A stretch of 64,000 bases of DNA from an uncultured Spirochaetales bacterium (lineage in GTDB: Bacteria > Spirochaetota > Spirochaetia > Sphaerochaetales > Sphaerochaetaceae). Of this stretch, positions 32,669 through 42,002 are shown in pieces. Where the stretch lies: assembly GCA_949282255.1 (NCBI GenBank), contig CASDPA010000009.1, positions 4,646 to 68,645 of the forward strand. Direction: 5' to 3'. The translations under genes and the position numbers were made by a program. Every line of letters begins with the position of its first letter. Position 1 is the first letter of the stretch. A model generated the notes under the pieces. It did no database searches, was not told the origin of the DNA, and was given only the letters and a program-made list of their open reading frames with translations.

Positions 32669-33435
32669 AATTAAAGATCGATAACGTTAAAAAGTCTTAT
32701 CAGGGTAGGACCGGAGAGGTGATAGCCCTTAATGGCGTGAATCTCGATATAAAGGAAAACGAATTTGTCACGGTGGTGGGACCTTCCGGTTGTGGCAAGT
32801 CTACATTGCTGAATATTATTGCAGGGCTTTTGGAGCCGACAAGTGGAAAAGTCATATGCAACGGAGTGGAAGTGAGGGGTACCGGACCTGACAGAGGAGT
32901 GGTTTTTCAGCAGTATGCGCTCTTCCCCTGGCTGACCGTGATCAAGAATGTCATGTTTGGTCTGAACATGAAAGGAATAAAAGGAAAAGAGGCCGAGGAC
33001 ATCGCAATGAAATATATTAAGATGGTCGATCTCGAGAAATTCCGCGATCATTATCCTAAGGAACTTTCCGGAGGTATGAAGCAGCGCGTGGCGATAGCGC
33101 GGGCCTATGCGGCCAATCCCGAGGTGTTGCTGATGGATGAACCTTTCGGGGCTCTTGACGCACAGACCAGAACGCAGCTTCAGCAGGAGCTTTTGGATAC
33201 TTGGGAAAGGGAAGTCAAGACTTGCTTTTTCATCACTCATGATGTTGACGAGGCTTTGATTCTTGGGCAGAGGGTTGTAATAATGTCCGCCCGTCCGGGA
33301 AGAATCAAAACGATAGTCGATGTCGATATCCCGTATCCTAGAGATCAGGAGACAAAGATGAGCCCCCGCTTTCTGGAACTGAAGAATTTGATTTGGTCCC
33401 AGGTATATCAGGAATACCTGGAAGTAAAGAGATAA
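32644..33435 (+). CDS. ABC ATP-binding protein, NitT/TauT (SsuB/TauB-like) family
   Basis: Walker A GPSGCGKST, signature LSGGMKQRV, Walker B LLMDEPFGALD. Confidence 0.88.
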   Translation: MAGQEGNIKLKIDNVKKSYQGRTGEVIALNGVNLDIKENEFVTVVGPSGCGKSTLLNIIAGLLEPTSGKVICNGVEVRGTGPDRGVVFQQYALFPWLTVIKNVMFGLNMKGIKGKEAEDIAMKYIKMVDLEKFRDHYPKELSGGMKQRVAIARAYAANPEVLLMDEPFGALDAQTRTQLQQELLDTWEREVKTCFFITHDVDEALILGQRVVIMSARPGRIKTIVDVDIPYPRDQETKMSPRFLELKNLIWSQVYQEYLEVKR

Positions 33436-33453
33436 TACAAAAGGAGTATTCAT

Positions 33454-34443
33454 ATGAAAAAAGTTTTTACATTGGCTCTTGTAGCCCTCATCGCCATGGC
33501 TGTTGTTTTTGCTGGTGGCTCCAGCGAAAAAGCTTCCGGCCTTCAGAAGGTCAGGGTCGCCTACATGACCAACTATGCATCATTGTGTTCTGTTGTGGCA
33601 GGCATTGAGACAGGTGCGTTCGCCGATCAGGGAATCCAAATCGAGCTTGTGGAATTCGCAGATGGTCCGACGATTATCGCCGCAATGGAAAGCGGATCGA
33701 TCGATATCGGATATATCGGACACGGCGCCCATAAGCTCGCCATAAACGGAAGATGTAAGATTTTTGCTTTCAGCCACGTCGGAAACGGTGATGCGGTAAT
33801 CGGACTCAAGAGCCATGGAGTGACCGAGGATCCAGCTTCATTAAAGGGCAAAAAGGTCGGATATGCATCTGGAACCTCCAGCGAGCTCATCCTCCGCTGG
33901 GCTCTTGAAGAAGCAGGTCTTTCCTTTGATGATATCGTAGCGTACGAGATGGATGCATCTGCAATCACAAGCGCGATGACATCCGGTAGCCTCGATGCAT
34001 GTGCTACCTGGTCGCCTGCGACATTCACAATTCTTGATGCGATCGGCAGTGATGCCTTCACCATCGCAAACAATGTGACCTTCAGCGACCGCAGCGCTTC
34101 CGTCGCTTCCTGGATCGTGATGAATGATTGGGCGGAAAAAAATCATGATCTCCTTATCAGATTCACAAAGGCGCTTTATGCCGGCATGGACTATAGGGCG
34201 GCAAATATCGAAGATACGGCAAAATGGGTTTCAACAGTCCTTGGTTCGGATTACGATACCATCTATGCTCAGCGTGGAGATGCGCAATGGATTACAAGTC
34301 AGCAGTTGCTCAGCGACATTGCTGATGGTACAATAGAAAAGCTGTACGAGGTTCAGAAGTCAAGCTTCGGGGCTGAAGTCGATCAGAACACTCCAATATC
34401 GGCTTATGTTCTCTTTGACGTGATGCTTGAAGCAGGCAAGTGA
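33454..34443 (+). CDS. ABC substrate-binding protein, NMT1/SsuA/TauA-like
   Basis: 329 aa with a signal peptide ending VVFAGGSSEK. Its NMT1-like fold is inferred from composition and from its position after the SsuBC-like genes. Confidence 0.8.
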   Translation: MKKVFTLALVALIAMAVVFAGGSSEKASGLQKVRVAYMTNYASLCSVVAGIETGAFADQGIQIELVEFADGPTIIAAMESGSIDIGYIGHGAHKLAINGRCKIFAFSHVGNGDAVIGLKSHGVTEDPASLKGKKVGYASGTSSELILRWALEEAGLSFDDIVAYEMDASAITSAMTSGSLDACATWSPATFTILDAIGSDAFTIANNVTFSDRSASVASWIVMNDWAEKNHDLLIRFTKALYAGMDYRAANIEDTAKWVSTVLGSDYDTIYAQRGDAQWITSQQLLSDIADGTIEKLYEVQKSSFGAEVDQNTPISAYVLFDVMLEAGK

Positions 34444-34463
34444 TTCTTTCGAGTTTTTTTCTG

Positions 34464-34495
34464 GGCCGCTTCCCTTTTGGGAGCGGCCTGATTTT
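34464..34495 (+). terminator. probable terminator
   Basis: 10-bp stem with one bulge (GGCCGCTTCCC / GGGAGCGGCC) and a 4-nt loop, followed by a weak T-tract (TGATTTT). Confidence 0.5.
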
Positions 34496-34506
34496 AAGGA
34501 GGGAAG

Positions 34507-35994
34507 ATGCTTTTCATACTTGTGCTGATGATTTTTTCCGCATCCCTTCTTTTTTTTCTTATAAACAGGAACAGACGTAGCATATTGATCCTTCTGTCCA
34601 GTCTGAGCCTGGCTTTATTTATTATCGGAATACTTTTATACATATCAAAAAAGGGTGGAATATCCTCCCAGATGAGTATGATACTCTTCGGGTTCAAGCG
34701 GGTAAGGACCGCCATGCAATATACCCGGTTCACACTTGACCAGCTTGGCTATTTTCTGGCTTTCGGCCGTTACAGTTTTCCGTTTTTCCTTCTGCTTACA
34801 TGCCTGGACATGTCCTACGCGGATTTTGCGATAAAAGCGGAGAAGAAGTTTTATCTATTCCTTATACTTCCCATTGTTTCGCTTATCCTATATTATCCCT
34901 CCGTTTTCAAGTTCTTTGCAAAGGAAAGCGACGGGCTGGTCCGGTTCATGCTTATCTTTTCCCGCAGTTGGATTTTTTTATATGTTATTGCTTCCATGGT
35001 GATGCTTATTTGGGAGTTTTTTTCCATTACTATGGGATTTTTCCGCAAGCGTTTTCTTTTTAAAAGTCTACTAATGATATCTCTGGCCATGATTTATTGT
35101 TTTTACGCACCACAGGATCCTGCGCAGGTATATCTTTTTTATCGCAATAACTATATGTGGATGCTAGGCTTGTGGTATTTGTCATCCGCCTTCAATTCCC
35201 CCTTGTACATAATAGTGATGTCGGGAAGCATAATCTTTGCGGTTGTCGGTTTTTTTTCACTTCTAAGATATGTGAGTTTGAAATTCGACGAGAGCCGGCA
35301 GGATGTGGTTCTGCGGCAAAAGGCGCAGGATGCGAGCATCGGCATAAGCATGTTCAACCATAGCACTAAAAACGAGCTTTTAGCTTCTTCGATACTTCTT
35401 GCGAGGCTCGAGAAGAAATTTCCCGGAGATGAGGATATTTCCAAGCTCAAGGGGATCAATACCAAGCTTATGCAGAAAATGGAAAGTCTGTACAAGTCCT
35501 CTAAAAATGAACAGTACCGCCTTGTTCCGGAAAACCTGGAAAAGATAATCGAGGAATCCGTCAAGCGGGCATTGGTTCATAACTCCGATTCGGATTATTC
35601 GATTTTGATGGAAGATCGATCCATTTACGTGCTTGCTGATTTTTATCCTCTTTCGGAAGCTCTTTCAAATCTTATGGAGAATGCTTGGGAGGCTCAAAGG
35701 GCGAATGATATTTTTGACAGCATCAAAGTAGAGGTTCGTCGTGAACGTCTTTGGATTTCGGTAACCATAACCGATAAAGGCGGAGGGATATCTTCAAAGG
35801 ATGCCAAAAGAATATGGGAACCGTTCTATTCGACAAAGAATAGTTCAAAAAACTGGGGAATGGGGATGTATTATTCGAGAAAGGTAATAAAGAGCCATTT
35901 GGGCTCTGTTCGTTTTGAAAGTCCCAGACAGGGAGGTACCAGGTTTGTGGTGCTTCTGCCGAAAATTGGAGCAAGGGAGGTTACGGATGATTAA
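34507..35994 (+). CDS. polytopic sensor histidine kinase (GHKL ATPase; HPK10-like H-box)
   Basis: About 270 aa of 6-7 TM helices. Then the candidate H-box FNHSTKNEL, N-box NLMENAWEA, G1 DKGGGI and G2 GMGMY. Confidence 0.85.
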   Translation: MLFILVLMIFSASLLFFLINRNRRSILILLSSLSLALFIIGILLYISKKGGISSQMSMILFGFKRVRTAMQYTRFTLDQLGYFLAFGRYSFPFFLLLTCLDMSYADFAIKAEKKFYLFLILPIVSLILYYPSVFKFFAKESDGLVRFMLIFSRSWIFLYVIASMVMLIWEFFSITMGFFRKRFLFKSLLMISLAMIYCFYAPQDPAQVYLFYRNNYMWMLGLWYLSSAFNSPLYIIVMSGSIIFAVVGFFSLLRYVSLKFDESRQDVVLRQKAQDASIGISMFNHSTKNELLASSILLARLEKKFPGDEDISKLKGINTKLMQKMESLYKSSKNEQYRLVPENLEKIIEESVKRALVHNSDSDYSILMEDRSIYVLADFYPLSEALSNLMENAWEAQRANDIFDSIKVEVRRERLWISVTITDKGGGISSKDAKRIWEPFYSTKNSSKNWGMGMYYSRKVIKSHLGSVRFESPRQGGTRFVVLLPKIGAREVTDD

Positions 35995-36667
35995 GGTGAT
36001 GGTTGTTGAGGATTATGATATAATCCGTGAAGATATTGTCGATTGCCTCGGTTCGGAGCCTGGAATGGCTGTTGTTGGTTCGTTTGGAGATGCGAAAGCC
36101 GCTGTTTCCTATTATATTGACAATGAGGATATCGATATCGTTCTGATGGATATTGAAATGGAGGAGATGGACTCGGGAATAAAGGCGGCGGAGGAGATAT
36201 TAAAAAATGATCCCGATGCAAGGATTGTCTTTCTCACCAGTCATGATTCGGATTCGATGATTGTCTCCGCTCTTGCCACGGGTGCGGAGGATTATATCAT
36301 AAAAGGATCTTCGGCTGAAGACATGATAAGACACATACGTGATGTCTATGAAGGCCGGGCACACCTTGATTCAAAGGTCCAGCAGGTTGTGATGGGCGAG
36401 TATAAGAGGTTAAGACAAAGCGAGCAGAGTCTTTTATATTTCATACAGCATCTTGGTTCGCTCACGCCGGCTGAAAAAGACCTTATAACATGTTTTCTGG
36501 ATGGTCTTAAGGTTAGGCAGATAGCCCAAAAAAGAGGGGTGGAGGCCTCTACGATCAAAAGCCAGATACGCACACTGCTGCAGAAATTCGGATGCTCAAG
36601 GTCAAACGAAATTGTAAAAATAATCCAAGGCTTGGGAATAGAACATCTTTTTAAGATAGAAAAATAA
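35987..36667 (+). CDS. response regulator, LuxR/NarL-type HTH output
   Basis: REC domain (MVVEDYD..., VLMDIEM) and a C-terminal LuxR HTH (LTPAEKDLITCF..GLKVRQIAQKRGVEASTIKSQI). ATG 35987 overlaps the kinase stop (ATGATTAA). Confidence 0.9.
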   Translation: MIKVMVVEDYDIIREDIVDCLGSEPGMAVVGSFGDAKAAVSYYIDNEDIDIVLMDIEMEEMDSGIKAAEEILKNDPDARIVFLTSHDSDSMIVSALATGAEDYIIKGSSAEDMIRHIRDVYEGRAHLDSKVQQVVMGEYKRLRQSEQSLLYFIQHLGSLTPAEKDLITCFLDGLKVRQIAQKRGVEASTIKSQIRTLLQKFGCSRSNEIVKIIQGLGIEHLFKIEK

Positions 36668-36814
36668 TCATATTTTTATTGGTTTAAGTATAATATTATA
36701 TATAAATAATATAAAATTTATATGATTATATACTTACTATTTAATAAAAAAAGTTTAAAAATTTTTTCGTTAAATCAATTCTTTCCATGATATCATTTCT
36801 TCAGGAGCATAATC

Positions 36815-39223
36815 ATGGCAAGATGGCAAAGAATGCAGTATGTTCCTTCTCTTACGTTGGGGGAGGATGGAAAAAGGATTACTGGTTGTTCCAGACATAT
36901 AAATTTGTCAAGGCGTGCCGCCGCAGAAGGGGCCGTACTTTTAAAAAACGATTCTTCGCTTCTTCCGTTGAGCGGGGTACGTATCGCCCCTTTCGGAAAA
37001 GGTGTTTCCGATTATGTGAAAGGCGGCGGTGGCAGCGGGGATGTCACCACCTCCTACATACGCAGCATCATGGATGCCTTGCAGGAGAAGGAGAGGGAGG
37101 GGCGCGTCGGGCTGTTTGAGCCGCTGGTTGATTATTATTCCAAATATGTCGCCGAGCAATACGCCTTAAAAGGTGTTCCTGGGTTGATCGAAGAGGCACA
37201 GTTTCCTTTAAGGATCGCCAAGGAGGCTGCGAGATTCTGCAACGTGGCGCTGATTGTCATAAGCCGGTATTCAGGTGAAAACTGGGATAGATTTTCAAAA
37301 GGTGGTCCGGTTTTTTCCACAGAGAAGGGAACTGAGGAGTTATTGAAGAAGCAGGCTTCAATCTTTGAAAAAGGTGATTTTTATTTAAGCGGGAAAGAGG
37401 AAGGGATGGTATCATCCGTTTTAAAGCTTTTTGAAAATGTCGTGGTCGTTTTGAATTCCGGTGGAATGATGGATGTGTCATGGATAAAGAATAATGGAAA
37501 TATCAAAGCGGCCATCCATGCGTTCCAAGGAGGTATGGAGGGAGGATCTGCTGTCGCCGATATCCTTGTAGGCGATGTCTGTCCATCTGGAAGGCTCACC
37601 GACACTTATGCCGTGGATCTTGGAGATTATCCTTCCACAGCCGGGTTCCATGAGGATATCGGATATGTGGAATATAACGAGGATATTTTTGTCGGCTATA
37701 GATACTTTTCGACCATCCCCGGAGCCGAGAGCAAAGTATGCTATCCGTTCGGATATGGGTTGTCCTATACCTCGTTCAAGCTTGAGCAGAAAAGGGCGGA
37801 ATACGACAGGGGATGCGTAAGTCTGACAATCGGTGTTGAAAACAAAGGCTCTTTCAGTTCAAAGGATGTGCTTGAAGTGTATACCGTCGCACCGTCCGGG
37901 AAGCTGGATAAACCTGCCAGGGTGTTGTCCGCCTTCAAAAAGACTGTATTGCTAAAACCTGGCCAAAAGATCGATGTGGATATTAATTTTCTGCTTTCGG
38001 CCGCCGCAAGCTATGATTATGAAGGCCTTTTATGCAAGTCCTCCTTCATCCTCGAGCAGGGGGATTATTACTTCCTTGTGACCGATGATGGGTTGAATTT
38101 CCAAAAACTGAGTCTGGAGGTACATTTGGACAAGGATCTGGTCCTATCCCGGCACGACGAGCTTCTCCGACCATCCCTTTTAAAAAGACGGATGAGAAAA
38201 GATGGATCCTATGCTCCGGTTGCAAACAAGGGCGGATCGTCACCTGTCAGTATTTTCAACAGGCAGAGCGAGGCCGATATGGAGTTTATATTCCCCGGTC
38301 AGAGAGCTTTGCCGAGAAAACGGGGAATGGAATGCAAAAAACCATTGTTGATCGATGTCGTCGAAGGAAGGATAAGTCTGCAGGATTTCATTTCCTCCTT
38401 GGATGTCGATACCCTTATCGATCTTACCGGAGGACAGGTCAACACAGGTGTAGCAAATACGTTCGGATTTGGAAACCAGCCTGAGCATGGAATTGTGAAC
38501 GCCATGACCGCTGATGGACCCGCGGGGTTGAGAATCAATCCTGAATGCGGAGTATGTACGACCGCATGGCCATGTGCGACCCTTTTGGCCTCGAGCTGGG
38601 ATGAGCAGCTGGTGGAGGAGGTTGGCAGGGCCGCAGGAAGCGAGGTCAAGGAGAATAATATCGCAGTTTGGCTTACCCCTGCGGTGAATATCCATAGAAG
38701 TCCGCTTTGTGGAAGGAATTTCGAATATTATTCCGAGGATCCGCTCTTTTCAGGAAAGATTGGTGCGGCAATGGTGCGCGGAATCGAATCGAATGGAATA
38801 GGGGCATGTGTGAAGCATTTCGCTTTCAATAACAAGGAGACAAACAGGAAGGACAGCGATTCCAGGGTCTCGGAAAGAGCTGCCAGGGAAATTTATCTAA
38901 AACAGTTCGAGATAATCGTCAAAGAGGCGGATCCGGTTGCCATGATGTGCTCTTATAATCTGGTCAATGGAATCAGAGTATCCGAAAATCACGAGCTTTT
39001 GAAAAAAATACTTCGTAGCGAGTGGGGCTATGAAGGATTGCTGATGACCGACTGGTGGACACATGGAGAACACTATCTGGAGCTTTTGGCCGGTATAGAT
39101 CTCAAGATGGCGACAGGTTTTCCTGAAAGGGTGCGCCTTGCCTATGACAAGGGAGAATTGACCAGGGAGGATCTTGAAACCTGCGTCCGTCATCTGCTTG
39201 GAGCGATATTACGCCTAGCTTGA
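36815..39223 (+). CDS. glycoside hydrolase family 3 (beta-glucosidase/xylosidase-like) with permuted domain order
   Basis: 802 aa. GH3 domain-2 blocks come first (AAEGAVLLKNDSSLLPL, ISRYSGENWD, FQGGMEGGSAVADILVGDVCPSGRL, YPFGYGLSYTSF). An Fn3-like segment follows. The catalytic barrel blocks come last (VKHFAFNNKE, GLLMTDWW). Confidence 0.9.
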   Translation: MARWQRMQYVPSLTLGEDGKRITGCSRHINLSRRAAAEGAVLLKNDSSLLPLSGVRIAPFGKGVSDYVKGGGGSGDVTTSYIRSIMDALQEKEREGRVGLFEPLVDYYSKYVAEQYALKGVPGLIEEAQFPLRIAKEAARFCNVALIVISRYSGENWDRFSKGGPVFSTEKGTEELLKKQASIFEKGDFYLSGKEEGMVSSVLKLFENVVVVLNSGGMMDVSWIKNNGNIKAAIHAFQGGMEGGSAVADILVGDVCPSGRLTDTYAVDLGDYPSTAGFHEDIGYVEYNEDIFVGYRYFSTIPGAESKVCYPFGYGLSYTSFKLEQKRAEYDRGCVSLTIGVENKGSFSSKDVLEVYTVAPSGKLDKPARVLSAFKKTVLLKPGQKIDVDINFLLSAAASYDYEGLLCKSSFILEQGDYYFLVTDDGLNFQKLSLEVHLDKDLVLSRHDELLRPSLLKRRMRKDGSYAPVANKGGSSPVSIFNRQSEADMEFIFPGQRALPRKRGMECKKPLLIDVVEGRISLQDFISSLDVDTLIDLTGGQVNTGVANTFGFGNQPEHGIVNAMTADGPAGLRINPECGVCTTAWPCATLLASSWDEQLVEEVGRAAGSEVKENNIAVWLTPAVNIHRSPLCGRNFEYYSEDPLFSGKIGAAMVRGIESNGIGACVKHFAFNNKETNRKDSDSRVSERAAREIYLKQFEIIVKEADPVAMMCSYNLVNGIRVSENHELLKKILRSEWGYEGLLMTDWWTHGEHYLELLAGIDLKMATGFPERVRLAYDKGELTREDLETCVRHLLGAILRLA

Positions 39224-39227
39224 TCGT

Positions 39228-40454
39228 TTATCCGTTCATTTCGAGCTTTTTGACGTATTCGTCCATGCTTTCCGCAACCTTTTTTGCGTAGCTGACCGCT
39301 TCCACAACGGTCCTGGCTCCCAGCACGACGTCCCCTGCGGCAAAAATCCCCGGCCTGGTCGTTTCTCCGTTTTCATCTGTGAGTAAAAGGCCGTTCGAGC
39401 TTGGTCTCAAGCCTTCGGTTGTGTCCACCAGCTTGCTCTTAGGGCCCTGGCTTATTGCTATGATCGTATTGTCTGCGAAGAATTTTATCTCTTTTTCTTC
39501 CTCTCCGATGATAGAGCCGCTCTCATCCAATATTGTTCTTCTAAACACGGGACCGTTTTTTTCTATTCTCACAGGGCGCATGCACCATGAGAATTCCGCC
39601 CCCTCGAGCTTTGTGTATTCGATTTCCTCCATTGCCGCGTCGGATGTATTGCGTCTTGCAAAAAGCGTCACTTCATGCCCTGCTCTCCGCAATATGGTCC
39701 GAGCCACGTCCATGGCAGTATTTCCAACCCCGATTATCGCAATTTTTTTACCCAGGGTATATGCATCGGGATTGGCAAGAAAATCGATGGCGAAATGGAC
39801 ATTGCCGAGAGTTTCTCCGGGGATGGACAGCTTTTTGGGCCTCCATACCCCCGTTCCTATGAATATCGCCTTGTAGCCGTCGCGAAAAAGATCGTCGATC
39901 ACCAGCGCCCCTCCGATCGTAGTGTTGGGTCTGATGCGTATGCCCATGTCGTCAAGCTTTTTCCTGTATCTTAGCAGAATGGACTTCGGCAATCTGAATT
40001 CAGGGATTCCGTATTGCAGTACCCCTCCGATTTTATCCCTCGCATCAAAGACCGTCACCTCGTATCCACGTTTCTTCATTTCGATCGCAATTGTGATTCC
40101 TGCGGGCCCGGCTCCGATTACTGCGATCATCCTGCCGTTGCTTTCGGCCTTTTTTATCTCCATTTGATCCAAGCATGCTTCGGAAATATAGTTTTCTATC
40201 GAGGAGATATGTATCCCTTCGCCTTTGCGGGAAAGTACGCAATGGCCCTCGCACTGTCTTTGATGATCGCAAACGAGCGAGCAGATCACGCTCAGCGGAT
40301 TATTGTCGAAAAGCATCCGACCCGCTTCCTTCACTTTGTTTTCTTTAAGCTTTTTTATCATGAGCGGAATATCCGTATTAATCGGACATCCGGTTCTGCA
40401 TAAGGGCTTTTTGCATTGCAGGCAACGTTCCGCTTCCTCGATCACATGTACCAT
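39228..40454 (-). CDS. glutamate synthase small-subunit-like NAD(P)H oxidoreductase (GltD/SudA/NfnB family)
   Basis: N-terminal Fe-S motif CLQCKKPLCRTGCP....C....C..C. Two dinucleotide folds, GAGPAGITIA and IGVGNTAMDVA. C-terminal AAGDV. RBS AAGGAGG. Confidence 0.88.
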   Translation of the reverse strand: MVHVIEEAERCLQCKKPLCRTGCPINTDIPLMIKKLKENKVKEAGRMLFDNNPLSVICSLVCDHQRQCEGHCVLSRKGEGIHISSIENYISEACLDQMEIKKAESNGRMIAVIGAGPAGITIAIEMKKRGYEVTVFDARDKIGGVLQYGIPEFRLPKSILLRYRKKLDDMGIRIRPNTTIGGALVIDDLFRDGYKAIFIGTGVWRPKKLSIPGETLGNVHFAIDFLANPDAYTLGKKIAIIGVGNTAMDVARTILRRAGHEVTLFARRNTSDAAMEEIEYTKLEGAEFSWCMRPVRIEKNGPVFRRTILDESGSIIGEEEKEIKFFADNTIIAISQGPKSKLVDTTEGLRPSSNGLLLTDENGETTRPGIFAAGDVVLGARTVVEAVSYAKKVAESMDEYVKKLEMNG

Positions 40455-40600
40455 CGTTTCCTCCTTGTGTTAAAAATGGAACATAGTTTCATTTTATCAG
40501 AATATTTTTCCCTGTCCAGTCCTATTTATCCCATTAGCAACTTTTTAGCTTTTAAAGATCCTATGATGAAACTAAGATATTGATATGGTGCAAGGAGACC

Positions 40601-41359
40601 ATGTTGAATTTTATGATCATACCCGGGCTTGTTTCCGTAACTTTTAAAAGTCTCGATACCGATACTGTGATCCATCTGGCGTCGAAGGCGGGCTTATGCG
40701 CCATAGAATGGAGTGAGGTATGGCATCTTTTTCCAGGAGATGAAAAAGAAGCTGTTAATCTGGGAAAAAGAACCCGTTCATCCGGTATGGATGTCGCCGC
40801 ATTGGGATCCTATTACAAGCTTGGGTGTGGAATGGATTTTACTACACGTTTAAAATCTGCGGCCGCTCTTGGAACTGATACAATAAGGATTTGGGCGGGT
40901 GAAAAGCCTTCCAGTGCTGTTGATCCATCTTTAAGGAGGAAAATGGTTGAGGAGGCCAGGTATGTTTCCGACCTCGCATCAGGCTATGGAATCAAAATAG
41001 CCTGCGAATGGCATCGCAATACCCTTACAGATACCAATGAAAGCGGCTTGTCTTTTTTAAACGAGGTCGATAGGGACAATTTCCGGACCTTGTGGCAGCC
41101 CTCTTTGGAAATGAATGAGGAGGAAAGAAGAGAAGGTCTTGTGCAGATAGGAAAACGGCTTGTGAATTTCCATGTTTACCATTGGAACGGAGTTGAAAGG
41201 CTTGCTCTTAAGGATGGGAAAAAGCAGTGGCTTGATTATTTCAGCATCCCGGATCCCTCAATCTGTCGTTATGCATTGCTTGAGTTCGTGCAAAACGACA
41301 GCATGGATCAGTTTATGGAGGATGCGGAATGTTTGCGGGATATGTTATTTATCCGCTAG
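40601..41359 (+). CDS. sugar phosphate isomerase/epimerase (xylose isomerase-like TIM barrel)
   Basis: About 250-aa ORF with the pattern expected for AP_endonuc_2/IolE-like barrels (AIEWS, IRIWAG, IACEWH). The start is placed at ATG 40601 after AAGGAG. Confidence 0.7.
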   Translation: MLNFMIIPGLVSVTFKSLDTDTVIHLASKAGLCAIEWSEVWHLFPGDEKEAVNLGKRTRSSGMDVAALGSYYKLGCGMDFTTRLKSAAALGTDTIRIWAGEKPSSAVDPSLRRKMVEEARYVSDLASGYGIKIACEWHRNTLTDTNESGLSFLNEVDRDNFRTLWQPSLEMNEEERREGLVQIGKRLVNFHVYHWNGVERLALKDGKKQWLDYFSIPDPSICRYALLEFVQNDSMDQFMEDAECLRDMLFIR

Positions 41360-41582
41360 TTTTAAGCTTGTCAGGTCAAGATACCATGTAAACGGAAAGC
41401 ATATACTTTATATTGGTTAATTACTTCAATTGAAAAGAATAAATTAAACGCATAGATGAGATGCGCGCATCTTCTCCAAATTATCAAGGAGGAAGCTGAT
41501 GTCCGATGGTGTTCCCGAAAAGGAAAAGGATGGCATGATCTTTGTCCGCATATCACAAATGGAGAGGAGGCTGGAAAAAGCT

Positions 41583-41957
41583 ATGAAAAGAAATCGTAAT
41601 CTGATCCTGTTGCAAATAGTGCTTTCATTCATTTGTCTTGCTTTGCTTGTTTCAAGCTGCTCGCAAATGGGGTTGGATGATGTTTTTAAAACGGATGGCT
41701 ACAGCGAAAAGGATCTGGAGGGGCGGACCTTCCGGACGGAGGATGATAGTCTTGGCTTTGTTTCAATCACTTTTTTAGAAGATGGCAAAGGCATTGTTTC
41801 AGAGGGAGGAAGAGCTCCTGACAAGGATATAAGCTACACGAAGGAGAAGGTTGTTCTCAATGGAAAGGGCTATGATCTGGATATACAGTTATTTTTCGAC
41901 TATATAGAGATCGGTGCGGAGGATGGGACTTCGGTCGTTTTTTCCCTTGTGCAATGA
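41583..41957 (+). CDS. small putative lipoprotein, function unknown
   Basis: MKRNRNLILLQIVLSFICLALLVSSCSQ gives a signal peptide with a lipobox Cys. Upstream in-frame ATGs exist at 41499 and 41559. Confidence 0.5.
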   Translation: MKRNRNLILLQIVLSFICLALLVSSCSQMGLDDVFKTDGYSEKDLEGRTFRTEDDSLGFVSITFLEDGKGIVSEGGRAPDKDISYTKEKVVLNGKGYDLDIQLFFDYIEIGAEDGTSVVFSLVQ

Positions 41958-41975
41958 TCGGATATGTTTTTAATA

Positions 41976-42002
41976 GGGGGGTATGGGGAGACCCCCTTTT
42001 TT
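41976..42002 (+). terminator. Rho-independent terminator
   Basis: G-run/C-run hairpin (GGGGG...CCCCC) followed by T6. Confidence 0.6.

Noticed and set aside
32671-33453. 260-aa minus-strand ORF covering the whole ABC ATPase gene.
   Set aside because: The plus-strand frame carries Walker A/B and the ABC signature. The antisense product has no motifs.
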